A DNA stretch of 64,000 nucleotides from Deinococcota bacterium (GCA_041694855.1 JBGFSB010000024.1:1-64000), one strand, 5' to 3'; counted from the first letter of the stretch, positions 30,104-40,278 are shown. Made by a program: numbers and translations. Notes: a model not told the origin generated them from the sequence alone.

Positions 30104-32014
30104 ATGACACCAACTACCTTGATTGACTATCTGGCCTATCACGCCAAGACCAAGCCCAATGCCCCTGCTTTGCGGGTCAAGCGTCTGGGGGTATGGGAAA
30201 CTACCTCCTGGGCAGGGTTGAAACAGAACGTTGAACAACTGGCGGGAGGGCTGTTGCAACTCGGACTACAGCCTGGGGATGTGCTGGCCCTGCTGGGTCA
30301 GAATGCCCCGGAGTGGGTAGAGGCTGAGATTGCAGCCCAGGCCATTGGCGCTATGCCGATGGGCATCTATGCCGATGCCATGCCGGAGGAGGTGGGATAC
30401 TTCCTCGAGTTCTCCGAATGCCAGGGAATTGTGGTCTCCGATGAGGAGCAGCTCGATAAGGTCCTGCCCCATCTGGATAAGTTGCAGTTCGTGCTGGTCT
30501 GGGAAGAGGCCGGCATGAGCAAATACTGGAGCGAGCGAATCCGGCCATTTAGCAGTGTGGTTGCGCTGGGGGAGTCTGCCCAGAGCCGTCAGGCGGTCGA
30601 GGCTTCCAAGGCCAGGATCAAGCCCGATACCATCGCCCTGCTGGCGCCTACCTCCGGTACCACGGCCCGTAGCAAACTGGCTATGCTGACCCACACCCAG
30701 CTGATTGCCGGAGCTGAAGCCGGAAGAGACTCCATTACCATTGGTGGAGGGGAGTGGGTGTTTTCCTATCTTCCCCTGCCCTGGATCGGCGAGCAGATGC
30801 TCACCGTGGTGAGGGGTCTGACCGATGGTACGGTGATGCACTTCCCCGAAGACATGATCACCGTGCGCGAGGATGTGAAGGAGGTTCAACCCGACTTCTA
30901 CCTGGCTCCCGCCCGGTTGTGGGAGGATGCGGCAGCCATTGTACGCAGCCGGATGGAGGATGCCGACCGGTTCAAAAAAGCTTTCTATCGCTGGGGGATG
31001 GGTGTCCTCCTGGACTGTGCGCAGCGCGAATTCCGCAAGGAGCCGGTGGGTTTTGGCCTGACTCTGGCCAGGGCACTGGCCTACCCGATGGTGGCCCGTC
31101 CTATTAGAGCACGCATGGGACTCGCGGCCTGTCGCATTGCCGCGACCGGGGGGGCGCCACTGGGCCCCGAGGTCTTTACGTTTTTCCGCGCTCTGGGGGT
31201 GGATATTCGCCAGGTCTATGGCCAGTCCGAGACAGCGGCTACCAGCGTGGCCCACCTGCCCGGCGATACCCCGCCCGAGACGGTGGGCAAGCCCCTTCGC
31301 AATACCCAGGTGCGTATTGCTGAAGATGGGGAAATTCAAATCAAGGGTGGGCAGGTTTTTACCGGCTATTTCAAGAACGAGGACGCTACCCGGGAGACCT
31401 TTACCCAGGATGGCTGGTTCCGCACCGGGGATGCCGGCTTCTTTAACGAGAATGGTCATCTGGTATTGCTGGGTCGCCTCAAGGAGGTGGGGGCACTGGC
31501 CGATGGAACCCGTTTTGCCCCACAGTTCCTCGAGAACCGCCTCAAATACTCACCCTACATCCGCGAGGCGGTGGTGATTGGGCATACCCGGCCATATGTC
31601 ACCACCCTGATCGAACTGGATCCCGAGAATATCCTGAACTGGGCACGCAAACGTGGAATTATCTTCTCAACCTACCAGAGCCTGACCTCCAACCCCAGGG
31701 TCTATGAACTGATAGCCCAGGAACTAAAAATGGCCTGCGATAGCCTCCCCGACGAACTCAAAGTACGGCGTTTTGCGATTTTGCCCAAAGAACTCCACGC
31801 CGATGACGAGGAGATCACCCGCACCCGCAAAGTCAAGCGTGGCACGGTAGAGTCTCGCTACGCCAACCTTCTCAACGCCCTTTACGATGGCTCCACGGAG
31901 GTTAAGCTCAGCCTTCCAATCCGCTATCTGGAAGGCCAGGGAACGCTGGAAGCTGAGGTTAGGGTGCTGGATGTTGGGCCAACTACCAGTACAGGACAAG
32001 AGGTGAAAGCATGA
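30104..32014 (+). CDS. AMP-dependent synthetase/ligase (acyl-CoA synthetase family) embedded in ABC operon
   Basis: AMP-binding motif LLAPTSGTTARSK, 636 aa, adenylate-forming domain architecture. Confidence 0.85.
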   Translation: MTPTTLIDYLAYHAKTKPNAPALRVKRLGVWETTSWAGLKQNVEQLAGGLLQLGLQPGDVLALLGQNAPEWVEAEIAAQAIGAMPMGIYADAMPEEVGYFLEFSECQGIVVSDEEQLDKVLPHLDKLQFVLVWEEAGMSKYWSERIRPFSSVVALGESAQSRQAVEASKARIKPDTIALLAPTSGTTARSKLAMLTHTQLIAGAEAGRDSITIGGGEWVFSYLPLPWIGEQMLTVVRGLTDGTVMHFPEDMITVREDVKEVQPDFYLAPARLWEDAAAIVRSRMEDADRFKKAFYRWGMGVLLDCAQREFRKEPVGFGLTLARALAYPMVARPIRARMGLAACRIAATGGAPLGPEVFTFFRALGVDIRQVYGQSETAATSVAHLPGDTPPETVGKPLRNTQVRIAEDGEIQIKGGQVFTGYFKNEDATRETFTQDGWFRTGDAGFFNENGHLVLLGRLKEVGALADGTRFAPQFLENRLKYSPYIREAVVIGHTRPYVTTLIELDPENILNWARKRGIIFSTYQSLTSNPRVYELIAQELKMACDSLPDELKVRRFAILPKELHADDEEITRTRKVKRGTVESRYANLLNALYDGSTEVKLSLPIRYLEGQGTLEAEVRVLDVGPTTSTGQEVKA

Positions 32015-32174
32015 TGGCCTCAGAAATCAGCCCCCGCACCCTCATTCTGAGAGATCCCTGCACTTCCCGTACCCGCTCTCCCAGCGGGGGTGTATTTAGG
32101 GCCGTGCAGACTGCACCTTCGGTTTATGGGAATAGTCAGCCCTGCTTGCAGCGGAGCGTTATGGAGGTTGTCGA

Positions 32175-33245
32175 GTGTACCGCCTGAGCCAGTACCTCAC
32201 CGATGCCTTCAGCCGTCGCTTTTCGCGCGCAGTGCGTGAAAACTACCAACAGGACGAAGCGTATGCCAGCACGCCGCAAGGACGCTTCTGGCTCGCTGTT
32301 GCAATTGTTTCGTTGTTGCTGCTACCCCTGGTCTTACCCTCTTATCCGCTGTTTGTGGCTACACAGATTCTGGTAGCAGCTCTGGCTGGACTGGGCCTGC
32401 ACCTGCTGGTTGGCGGGGCAGGACAGATATCGCTGGGCCAGGCTGCTTTCGTGGGGGTCGGAGCTTATGTTTCCAGCCATTTGACGGGTGACCTGGCGCC
32501 GCTGGGTATTCTGATGGGCGGTCTGGTGGCGGCCATGATCGGCATGGTTCTTGGTATTTCCTCGCTGCGAATCAAGGGGGCCTACCTGGCGATCGGCACC
32601 CTGGCATTCCAGTTCCTCGCCGACTATATCTTCCGTCGCTGGACCGAGTTTACGGGTGGTGTGGCTGGTCGCAAGCTGCCCCCAGAGGACACCTTTCTGG
32701 GTCTGCCGCTGACCGATGATCGGGTGATTTTCTATATGGGCCTGGCTTTTGCTATACCGTTGTTTTTCTACGCCAAGCGCCTGCTCTCGACCAGGGCGGG
32801 TCGGGGCTGGTTTGCGGTGCGTGACAACGATCTTTCGGCCCAGCTCTCGGGCGTAGACCTGATGCGCTCGAAACTCACCGCCTTTGCTCTTTCAGCCTTC
32901 TATGCGGGCATAGCTGGTGGAATTCTTATTCACTTGATTGGCGTGGTTACGCCGGAGAATTTCGTGCTCTTTTTCAGCATCCAGTACCTGGCACTGGTAA
33001 TTGTAGGTGGGGCCGGAACCGTATTGGGCGCGGTATTTGGAGCTTTTTTTATTGTGCTGATCCCTGAAGTCTTGAGCGTTCTAGCCGCTGCCTTCGGGCC
33101 GCAGTATGTAGCCCAGCTTTCGGCCTGGCGGAGTGTGGTCTTTGGCGGCCTGATTCTTATGTTCCTGATTCTGGAGCCAAGGGGACTGGTGGGTTTGTGG
33201 GGTCGTATTCGGGATTACTTCCGGACATGGCCGTTGCCTTACTGA
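32175..33245 (+). CDS. livM: Branched-chain amino acid ABC transporter permease (LivM-like)
   Basis: LivM-type permease with extended N-terminus. Confidence 0.85.
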   Translation: MYRLSQYLTDAFSRRFSRAVRENYQQDEAYASTPQGRFWLAVAIVSLLLLPLVLPSYPLFVATQILVAALAGLGLHLLVGGAGQISLGQAAFVGVGAYVSSHLTGDLAPLGILMGGLVAAMIGMVLGISSLRIKGAYLAIGTLAFQFLADYIFRRWTEFTGGVAGRKLPPEDTFLGLPLTDDRVIFYMGLAFAIPLFFYAKRLLSTRAGRGWFAVRDNDLSAQLSGVDLMRSKLTAFALSAFYAGIAGGILIHLIGVVTPENFVLFFSIQYLALVIVGGAGTVLGAVFGAFFIVLIPEVLSVLAAAFGPQYVAQLSAWRSVVFGGLILMFLILEPRGLVGLWGRIRDYFRTWPLPY

Positions 33246-33380
33246 GACCCTGTCAATGGCCTTTAGCAGATAGCTGTCAGCAGGGCGGGCACAGCGGGAT
33301 TTCGGGTGTGCGGGATACCTTGTGGTGGTTTTGACCCTGGTTTTTGTCTTTGGGCCTGGCAGAAGCTGTAAACTACGGAC

Positions 33381-33716
33381 ATGGTGGACTATGACCTCTC
33401 CGAATCGGCGCTGGTCAGCCTGGTGGTGCTGGCCCTCGAAGGACAAAAAGGGCTTCGGCTGGTGCAGCCAGGGGCCAGGAGTGTGGGGGATGTGCTTTCC
33501 GGGCGCAGGTCGCGTCCGGTACGTCTCGAGCGCGAAGGCGATAGTTTGATGGTGGATATAAACGTGAGCGTGGACTATGGTAAACCAGTAATGGAGGCTG
33601 CCAAGGAGGCCCAGAAGACCGTGGCTGAAGTGCTTATAGCCTCTACTGGACTGAAGGTAAAAGTCGTTAACGTCACGGTGGTTGCGGTGGAATATAAGGA
33701 GCCTAATGCGGCGTAA
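33381..33716 (+). CDS. Asp23/Gls24-family envelope stress (alkaline shock) protein
   Basis: Characteristic Asp23 sequence pattern, 111 aa, upstream of nusB as in many Firmicutes/Thermus. Confidence 0.85.
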   Translation: MVDYDLSESALVSLVVLALEGQKGLRLVQPGARSVGDVLSGRRSRPVRLEREGDSLMVDINVSVDYGKPVMEAAKEAQKTVAEVLIASTGLKVKVVNVTVVAVEYKEPNAA

Positions 33717-34167
33717 GGCTCGTGAGCTGGCCTTCAAAGTGCTTTTTGAGCATGCGGTGGGTAGGGTCTCGCTCGAGGCTGCCTGGCAGCACGCTACCCA
33801 GGATGTCGAACCCGGCGAAATTGACCAGGATGCTGATGTGCTCGATACCGAAGGGCTCTTGTTTGCCCAACGCCTGGTGCAGGGCTATCAAACCCAGCAA
33901 GAAGCCATAGACCAAATTCTGGGTGCGACCATCGAGGGTTGGAGTTTTGGCCAGATGGCCAAGACTGACCTGGCGGTTTTGCGGTTGGTGGCCTACGAGA
34001 TGCTGTTTGAACCCACCCCTCATGCACCCTTGATCGAGGTGGCGGTCAAAATTGCCAAGCGCTATGGGGGCGAGGACTCGGGGCGCTTTGTCAATGGGGT
34101 GTTGGCCCGGTTACTCAAGCGCATCGAGGCGGGTGAATTGCAGGCTATCGCCAAGATCGAGAAATAA
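33706..34167 (+). CDS. nusB: Transcription antitermination factor NusB
   Basis: MRRKARELAFKVLF N-terminus and full-length NusB similarity. Confidence 0.9.
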   Translation: MRRKARELAFKVLFEHAVGRVSLEAAWQHATQDVEPGEIDQDADVLDTEGLLFAQRLVQGYQTQQEAIDQILGATIEGWSFGQMAKTDLAVLRLVAYEMLFEPTPHAPLIEVAVKIAKRYGGEDSGRFVNGVLARLLKRIEAGELQAIAKIEK

Positions 34168-34214
34168 TAGCCTCGAGCCCCCACCGTCCTCGTCTTCACC
34201 ATTTTGAGGTCACG

Positions 34215-35063
34215 ATGCTTGAACTTGCTGGCCCCCCTGTTGCCGAAGAGGTTTACCAAGAACTCAAGACCCGCCTGGCCCAGCTGCCCTATGTGCCCCA
34301 CCTGCGGGTGGTGCGGCTGGGGGAAGACCCCGCCTCGGTTTCGTATGTACGGCTTAAAGACCGCCAGGCCAGGAAACTGGGTCTGTCCAGCCAGGTGGAC
34401 GTGTTTCCCGAAAACACCCCCCAGAATGAACTGCTGGCCCATATAGCCATGCTGAATGCCGACCCCGAGGTGGATGGCATCCTGGTGCAGTCGCCGGTGC
34501 CCAAACAGGTAGACTTCAATACCGTGCTGGAAGCCATTAGCCCTCTAAAGGATGTGGATGGTCTGACCCCCGCCAACGCGGGGCGTTTGTGGATGGGCTT
34601 AGAAGCACTCGAGTCCTGCACCCCCGCAGGGGTGATGCGCATCCTGAAGCACTACCAGACTCCGCTTTCGGGCAAAGAAGTGGTGATTGTGGGTCGCAGC
34701 AACCTGGTAGGCAAACCGCTGGCTGCTATGATGCTGCGGGAAAACGCTACCGTAACCCTGGCCCACTCCCGCACCCAGGGTTTAGCGGCTGTCTGCCGCC
34801 GAGCGGATGTGCTGGTAGCCGCCGTGGGCAAAGCAGGACTGATTACTCCCGAAATGGTGCGCCCCGGAGCAGTGGTGGTAGATGTGGGCATCAACCGGGT
34901 GGGTCAAAACCAAAAAGGCCGCGACATCTTGGTGGGAGACGTAGTTCCCGAGGTTACTGGAGTCGCTGCGGCGCTAACGCCGGTTCCGGGTGGCGTAGGC
35001 CCTATGACCGTGGCGATGCTTTTGCACAACACGGTCGTAGCCGCTATGCGTCGCCGGAGCTAG
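34215..35063 (+). CDS. folD: Bifunctional methylenetetrahydrofolate dehydrogenase/cyclohydrolase
   Basis: Full-length FolD similarity incl. YVRLK and GRSNLVGKP motifs. Confidence 0.93.
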   Translation: MLELAGPPVAEEVYQELKTRLAQLPYVPHLRVVRLGEDPASVSYVRLKDRQARKLGLSSQVDVFPENTPQNELLAHIAMLNADPEVDGILVQSPVPKQVDFNTVLEAISPLKDVDGLTPANAGRLWMGLEALESCTPAGVMRILKHYQTPLSGKEVVIVGRSNLVGKPLAAMMLRENATVTLAHSRTQGLAAVCRRADVLVAAVGKAGLITPEMVRPGAVVVDVGINRVGQNQKGRDILVGDVVPEVTGVAAALTPVPGGVGPMTVAMLLHNTVVAAMRRRS

Positions 35064-35181
35064 TGCAGGTTGCAAACGGGGCTAAACTGCGCCATCTTGA
35101 GCGGGTCAAACCCGCAAAACCGCATGGTTACGGACGCAGTACCCCACCGTAGGTCGAGCTCGTTGTGGGGTTGCGAAAGAA

Positions 35182-35257
35182 GGTGCACCTATTCACGGAA
35201 CCAAGAGACGTTTTTCAAAGCAAGATGGGATGCGATCCATTGGAAAACCGCCTCAGG
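35182..35257. repeat. Conserved intergenic element copy B (TATTCACGGAACC ... GATGCGATC ... AAAACCGCC)
   Basis: Paired with 5333-5400; between folD and PAP2-like gene. Confidence 0.4.
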
Positions 35258-35344
35258 ACAAACCTGCTTTGGAACCACCGAGATCCGCCATTTGCAGTGA
35301 GCGAAAAATACAAGCCAGCCGCAATAAGGGTAGAATAGTGCGCA

Positions 35345-35794
35345 GTGACCGAACTGCTTTCCAATCAGGTGCTCTGGACGGCCATTCTGGCCAGTGTTTG
35401 TGCACAGCTTCTGAAACTTTTCATTTACTATCTGGTCGAGCGCCGCTGGCAGTGGGAACGCCTGGCCGAGACCGGTGGAATGCCCTCATCCCACTCGGCA
35501 ACAGTTGCGGCTCTGGCAACCGGGGTGGGCATTACTGAGGGCTGGGGCAGTGCTTACTTCGCCATAGCGGTGGTGCTGGCGATCATCGTGATGTATGACG
35601 CTACCGGCATTCGCCGAGCCGCCGGACTGCATGCCGAGCGCCTCAACGATCTATTCGAGGAGTTTCGGGCTGTGGTGCAACAGGGCCCCCAACCCGAGCC
35701 TCTGAAGGAATTGTTGGGCCATACCTATCTCGAGGTGGGAGTAGGAGCTACCCTGGGAGTCATCTTTGCAGTGCTGATTTTTGCGTTATTCTAG
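35345..35794 (+). CDS. Divergent PAP2-family membrane protein (DUF212/YuiD-like)
   Basis: PSSHSA motif and 149-aa 4-TM architecture. Confidence 0.8.
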   Translation: MTELLSNQVLWTAILASVCAQLLKLFIYYLVERRWQWERLAETGGMPSSHSATVAALATGVGITEGWGSAYFAIAVVLAIIVMYDATGIRRAAGLHAERLNDLFEEFRAVVQQGPQPEPLKELLGHTYLEVGVGATLGVIFAVLIFALF

Positions 35795-35921
35795 CACCTT
35801 ATTTAAATTTCACTTCCAGATCGAATACCGGGGTCACATGTCTGTCCTACGGTAGAGGGTTTGATTCCTGCAAGCGGCTGGGCGTTATCTTAAGGTTGTC
35901 CGGGAATTTTATCTGGAGGCT

Positions 35922-36416
35922 GTGGTAATTTGGGGCACGATTCTCATGAAACCACTATTGTTCTTGCTGCTTGCAGCTTGTTTCCCATTTGCGCTGTCCC
36001 AGACCACGGTGCAGTTGGAATCGCAAATTCTTTCGCTGATTAACGAAGCACGGGCCAGAGGCGTGGCCTGTCGTGGGGGTGGGGGCGGGTATCGGTTGCC
36101 GCCTTTGCGCTACGATGCCACCCTGGCCCAGACCGCCAAGGGTCACGCCCTCAACATGGGGCGCTATGGCTTTATGTCGCACTATTTTCGTGGGGTGGGG
36201 CCGCGGGTGCGGGTTGCTCGAGCGGGGTATGGCTACTTGCGCATGTCGGAGATCATCTTCAAGGGTCGAAACAGCGACCCGGCGCGGGCAGTACGCTGGT
36301 GGTTACGTTCACCGGTGCATTGCCGGGCCATCATGAACCCTCACTACACCGAGGCTGGTTCGGGGCTCTCGAGGGCAGGCAATGCCTGGGCGGTGGTGCT
36401 GGCCCAGCCCCGCTAG
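35922..36416 (+). CDS. Secreted CAP/SCP/PR1-like domain protein (YkwD-like)
   Basis: Signal peptide MKPLLFLLLAACF (ATG 35946 alt start) and CAP-domain motifs. Confidence 0.8.
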   Translation: MVIWGTILMKPLLFLLLAACFPFALSQTTVQLESQILSLINEARARGVACRGGGGGYRLPPLRYDATLAQTAKGHALNMGRYGFMSHYFRGVGPRVRVARAGYGYLRMSEIIFKGRNSDPARAVRWWLRSPVHCRAIMNPHYTEAGSGLSRAGNAWAVVLAQPR

Positions 36417-36440
36417 TGGCCTGGTAACAAGTGGGCGCAC

Positions 36441-36686
36441 TCAGGACTGCTGCTGTACCATCCGCATGACCACCAACAGGCCAATGCTCTGAATTAGCGG
36501 AAAGGCCATCAGCGTGAAGGCGTTGGGCCAGAAGGCGAAGAGTGCAATAGGAACCACCGTGGCCACCACGCTCACCCACATCAGGTCGGTGCGGCCCCGC
36601 TGCTTGAGCAGGCGGTACACCACGTAGTTGTTGAACAAGGCAAAAAGCAGCAGCATCACCCAGGCGAGTACAAAGGTATCCATCAA
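36441..36686 (-). CDS. Small 2-3 TM membrane protein, hypothetical
   Basis: 81-aa hydrophobic ORF, no family recognised. Confidence 0.45.
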   Translation of the reverse strand: MMDTFVLAWVMLLLFALFNNYVVYRLLKQRGRTDLMWVSVVATVVPIALFAFWPNAFTLMAFPLIQSIGLLVVMRMVQQQS

Positions 36687-36770
36687 CCTTTATTGTAACC
36701 ACCCAGCCAGGGTTGGGGTTGAGGTGGTGTTGGGATAAAGACCCTGGGATGGGTTTACCAGCAAAGCAAC

Positions 36771-37832
36771 CTACGAACCACGGTAGTTGTCGAGATACTC
36801 CCGCACCCGTGTGGTCTCGATCTGCCACTGGGCCTCGGCAGTATAGGGTTTGAAGCCCAGGGCATGGTTGATCTTGAGCATCGGTGCGTTGGAGTCGGCA
36901 TTGCCGGTGCGCACAAAGCGTGCTTCGGGGAGTTCGCGCAAGACCCTATCCAGCATGGCCGCCTTGAGCCAGCGCCCGATCCCAAAGTTGCGATATTCCG
37001 GCAGCACGCCGGTGCCTAGCTGGTTGAGGATTTGCCCGCGCCGGGGGTTCCAGGATAGTTCGGTGTAGCCCGCAAAGCGCCCGCTGCTCTTTTCCTGCGC
37101 CACCATCGTCCAGCGGCGGTTTCCGGTGGCGAAGGTCGCCTGCTCGATCTGGCGCAGAAGCTCGGGGGTCATCTTGAAATCCTCGACCTGGAGACTCCCT
37201 CTGGGGGCAGTGTTCATCACCTCCATCAGTTCGGCAATTGCAGCCAGGTGTTTTTCCGGGTAGGCCCCCTCCCAAAATAGAAGCTCGAATCCACCCGCTC
37301 TTTCGGCGGCTTTACCGATCCACTGTTCAATCAATTTGCGATCCAGCTCGAGCAAATCAAGCTGGTTGGTGTGGCTTTCCAGAGCCTTCTCCGCACCCAA
37401 CTCGCGCATCAGGGCTTCGCCGGAGGGGACGCGGCTGTTGGTGCTGCTAATCAGCAAGCTACGCCCCTCGCGCTCGGCCACCTCGGTGATCTTCCCCAGA
37501 AGTTTAACTTCAAGACCCTGTTCCCGAAACTCCGGCAGCACGTCAATGCTGAAAGGAGCGATGTGTTGATTCTGCTCGAGACGGACGATCTGCACGTCGC
37601 TGCTGGCTGCAAAGCCGCTGTTGTCCGGGCGGTCTACCACCCAGACGTGCAAGTCCACAAACGGAGGGATATTCTGGGCCTGCTGAATGGTTTCTTCCAG
37701 CGAGCGCGGCGGGTCGTCGGGCAGACGCTCGGCCCGCAGCAGGTTGGCGAAGGCGTTGAAAGCCGCGTATCCTTCCCGGCTGGCGTTTTTGATGTCCACT
37801 GGCCGAATCTCGAGCCTCGAGGCTGCTTTCAT
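36771..37832 (-). CDS. Tandem two-domain GNAT N-acetyltransferase
   Basis: Two GNAT-like halves in 353 aa; 4-bp overlap with upstream MFS gene. Confidence 0.75.
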   Translation of the reverse strand: MKAASRLEIRPVDIKNASREGYAAFNAFANLLRAERLPDDPPRSLEETIQQAQNIPPFVDLHVWVVDRPDNSGFAASSDVQIVRLEQNQHIAPFSIDVLPEFREQGLEVKLLGKITEVAEREGRSLLISSTNSRVPSGEALMRELGAEKALESHTNQLDLLELDRKLIEQWIGKAAERAGGFELLFWEGAYPEKHLAAIAELMEVMNTAPRGSLQVEDFKMTPELLRQIEQATFATGNRRWTMVAQEKSSGRFAGYTELSWNPRRGQILNQLGTGVLPEYRNFGIGRWLKAAMLDRVLRELPEARFVRTGNADSNAPMLKINHALGFKPYTAEAQWQIETTRVREYLDNYRGS

Positions 37833-39079
37833 GCATTACCTCCCACCACAGCGTGTGCTGTCCTGCCGCTAAACACCCAGAACGCCGCGATCCCTGCGAT
37901 GACGGCAATCACGCCCGCCACCACAAATACTTCCCGCACCCCGATCAGCCCCGCCAGCACTCCGGCAAAGGCCATCGAAACCAGATTGGCACTGCCAATC
38001 ACTGCACCCAGCGCGGCTCCAACACGGCCCCTGGAGTGGTCGTCTACCGAGGTCTGCACCAGCGTGCCAATCCCAGCCTGCACTGGAGCCCCCAGGAGCC
38101 CGATGAAGAACAACAACACCAGTACATGCCAGAGCTGTCCGACCACGGCAATTAACCCGACCATCAGGCCCATCCCCATCAAGCCCACACTGACCATATA
38201 GGTGGGTCTAAGCCGTGTTGCCAGCATCGCCACCAGCCCACCTGCCAGAATCATCCCGGCAGTCTGGGCTGCTTGTACCAAGCCAAACAGAGTGGTGGGT
38301 ACTTTCAAGTCGTTGGTTAGCAGTGGAATAAACAAGATATTCACCGCACCCAGCCCCAGCATCATCACCCCTGCGCCGGTCAGAGTTCCGAGCAAAATGC
38401 GCGAACGCCCAATAACTCGCACTCCTTCCCATAGCGACCCAAACACGCTATGGGATTGCGCGTTTTCACTATGTTCCAGCCTGGGTACCTGTACCAGCAC
38501 CACCAGCAAGAAGGAAAAGATAAAGGTGGCGGCATCTATGGCAAAGGCCGGCCAGTAGACCTTGAACGACCCAATCAAAACCCCTGCTGTCGAGGCCCCC
38601 AAAAGTCCGGCGATAATTCGGCTGGTCTGGGTGATGGAATTGGCGGCCAGCAGGGCTTCTTTGGGTAGAATCTGGGCAATTACCGCCCCGCGCGCTGGCC
38701 CAAAGAAAGTGCCTACAGCCGACTGCAAAAAGGCCAGTCCATACAGAATCCAAAGGTGTTCCACGCTATCCACAAACACAAACCCCAACACCAGCAAGGC
38801 CCGCATCAAGTCGGAGATCAGCATGATTTTTTTGCGGTCAAAACGATCTACATAGACCCCCGCCACCAGTCCCAAGGTGACCTGTGGGATGGCCAGCATG
38901 ATCGCCATGGTGGCGAGGGCTGCAGTCGAGCCGGTGAGCTGGTTGACCATAATGAGCAGGGCCAAGCCGGTCAGGCCGTCGCCAAAGTCGGAGATGCTCT
39001 GGGCCAGCCAGAGGTTGCGAAAGCCCTGGTATTGCAGGGGATTAACCGAGTTGGGCCTAGTCATTATCGCCTTCCTCAA
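37829..39079 (-). CDS. MFS transporter (12-TM)
   Basis: Hydrophobic 12-TM profile, MFS loop motifs. Confidence 0.85.
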   Translation of the reverse strand: MRKAIMTRPNSVNPLQYQGFRNLWLAQSISDFGDGLTGLALLIMVNQLTGSTAALATMAIMLAIPQVTLGLVAGVYVDRFDRKKIMLISDLMRALLVLGFVFVDSVEHLWILYGLAFLQSAVGTFFGPARGAVIAQILPKEALLAANSITQTSRIIAGLLGASTAGVLIGSFKVYWPAFAIDAATFIFSFLLVVLVQVPRLEHSENAQSHSVFGSLWEGVRVIGRSRILLGTLTGAGVMMLGLGAVNILFIPLLTNDLKVPTTLFGLVQAAQTAGMILAGGLVAMLATRLRPTYMVSVGLMGMGLMVGLIAVVGQLWHVLVLLFFIGLLGAPVQAGIGTLVQTSVDDHSRGRVGAALGAVIGSANLVSMAFAGVLAGLIGVREVFVVAGVIAVIAGIAAFWVFSGRTAHAVVGGNA

Positions 39080-39707
39080 CCTGGGCCTGGGAATGGGGGT
39101 GAAAGGCGATGAGAAAACTGTAGGGCTGTGCTTTTTCGGAGGGGCCTGTGCTGAATTGCTTGAGCAGCATGTGGATTGTTTCGATGAATTGCTGGGCTTG
39201 CTGGGGGGTCATCAGAACCAGGGTGCGCCCCAATACCAGCCGCTGGTGCACAGGGTGTTCGTCGCCCACCTGAATCAGGCCGCTTTCCAATCCCTTCTGA
39301 ATATCTGCGCTTACCCCATCCATGACGTTGTGCAGGATTTCAGTAAGGCTGCTGTGGTCTTTTTTGTGAATCTCCAGCAGTGAGCGGTCTATGCTGTAAT
39401 TTTTGGCCGTGACCTGATATTGCTTTTCGATGATACCCGAAACCACTCGGGTTCCCACTACCCGGATCAGGCCGTGTGCTTCCATCTGGCCGACATGGTA
39501 ATAGAGCTTGGTAGGAGGCATTGCCAACGATCTGGCCACCACCTTGACGGTGATGGGTTTGCTCATCAGCTCGAGAATTTGTAACCGCAGGGGATCGGTG
39601 AGCACCTTGAGGGTCTCCAGATCTCGAATTACCAATTGGTTCGCGGGCTCTGGACGCGGGGATTCAACTGCTTTAGAAGCATTGGACATTCGAATATCTC
39701 CAAACAT
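39057..39707 (-). CDS. Winged-helix ArsR-like transcriptional regulator with C-terminal extension
   Basis: TDPLRLQILELM ... HGLIRVV HTH_20-like motif; first gene of regulator-MFS-GNAT operon. Confidence 0.7.
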   Translation of the reverse strand: MFGDIRMSNASKAVESPRPEPANQLVIRDLETLKVLTDPLRLQILELMSKPITVKVVARSLAMPPTKLYYHVGQMEAHGLIRVVGTRVVSGIIEKQYQVTAKNYSIDRSLLEIHKKDHSSLTEILHNVMDGVSADIQKGLESGLIQVGDEHPVHQRLVLGRTLVLMTPQQAQQFIETIHMLLKQFSTGPSEKAQPYSFLIAFHPHSQAQVEEGDND

Positions 39708-39716
39708 TGAAAAACT

Positions 39717-39740
39717 TTCAAACGATAATAGAAGTTTGAA
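39717..39740. promoter_or_regulatory. Palindrome TTCAAAC-N10-GTTTGAA immediately upstream of ArsR-like gene (candidate autoregulatory operator)
   Basis: 7-bp perfect inverted repeat 10-34 bp upstream of the regulator start codon. Confidence 0.45.
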
Positions 39741-40040
39741 TGGAGATTGTCAAGATCCAAATTCATACAGGTAAGTTGATTCAACCTTTGCTGATCGTGG
39801 TTTTCATAATAACTCCGCCGGAGGGCGAAGTTATTTAAGTGGCTCAACGCGCACTTCACAAATGATGCGTCTTGTAGCAGACGCAACTGTCATTTGGGTG
39901 CACAGCCAGCAGGCTGACCCGAAGGGGATCGTCCCCATTCCGCTGGCTCACTCACAGTGTGAAGAGCGCTCTAGACTGTCTTTTCCAAGGACGAGCATGG
40001 CCGTTTGTTCGCGAGAACCGCTCAAAAGGGTTTATCCAAC

Positions 40041-40103
40041 GTAGAAACCTACCCTGCGTCGGAGGTTTCTATGTGTGCCTACGATAGAAATTTCGGGGAT
40101 GGT
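40041..40103 (+). promoter_or_regulatory. Hairpin tagaaacct-N12-aggtttcta overlapping alternative stem tttctat/atagaaa, followed by conserved 32-bp motif copy 2 (GTGTGCCTACGATAGAAATTTCGGGGATGGTT)
   Basis: Seen in sequence; ~180 bp upstream of Fe-S oxidoreductase gene in a divergent low-GC promoter region. Confidence 0.45.
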
Positions 40104-40278
40104 TTTACACGGTACACTTCGGGAGGTTGCCTCGACGCGGCTCTGTTGTCGGGCTTCTACTGGTAGAGCAAATTCCTAACATGGAGATACTTACCGCCTC
40201 ACCGGTAAACTTGATGCCAGAGGGTAGAGGCGATAAACTTATACCAAGTTCAATTAGATCTCGAATGGAGTTCCAACA

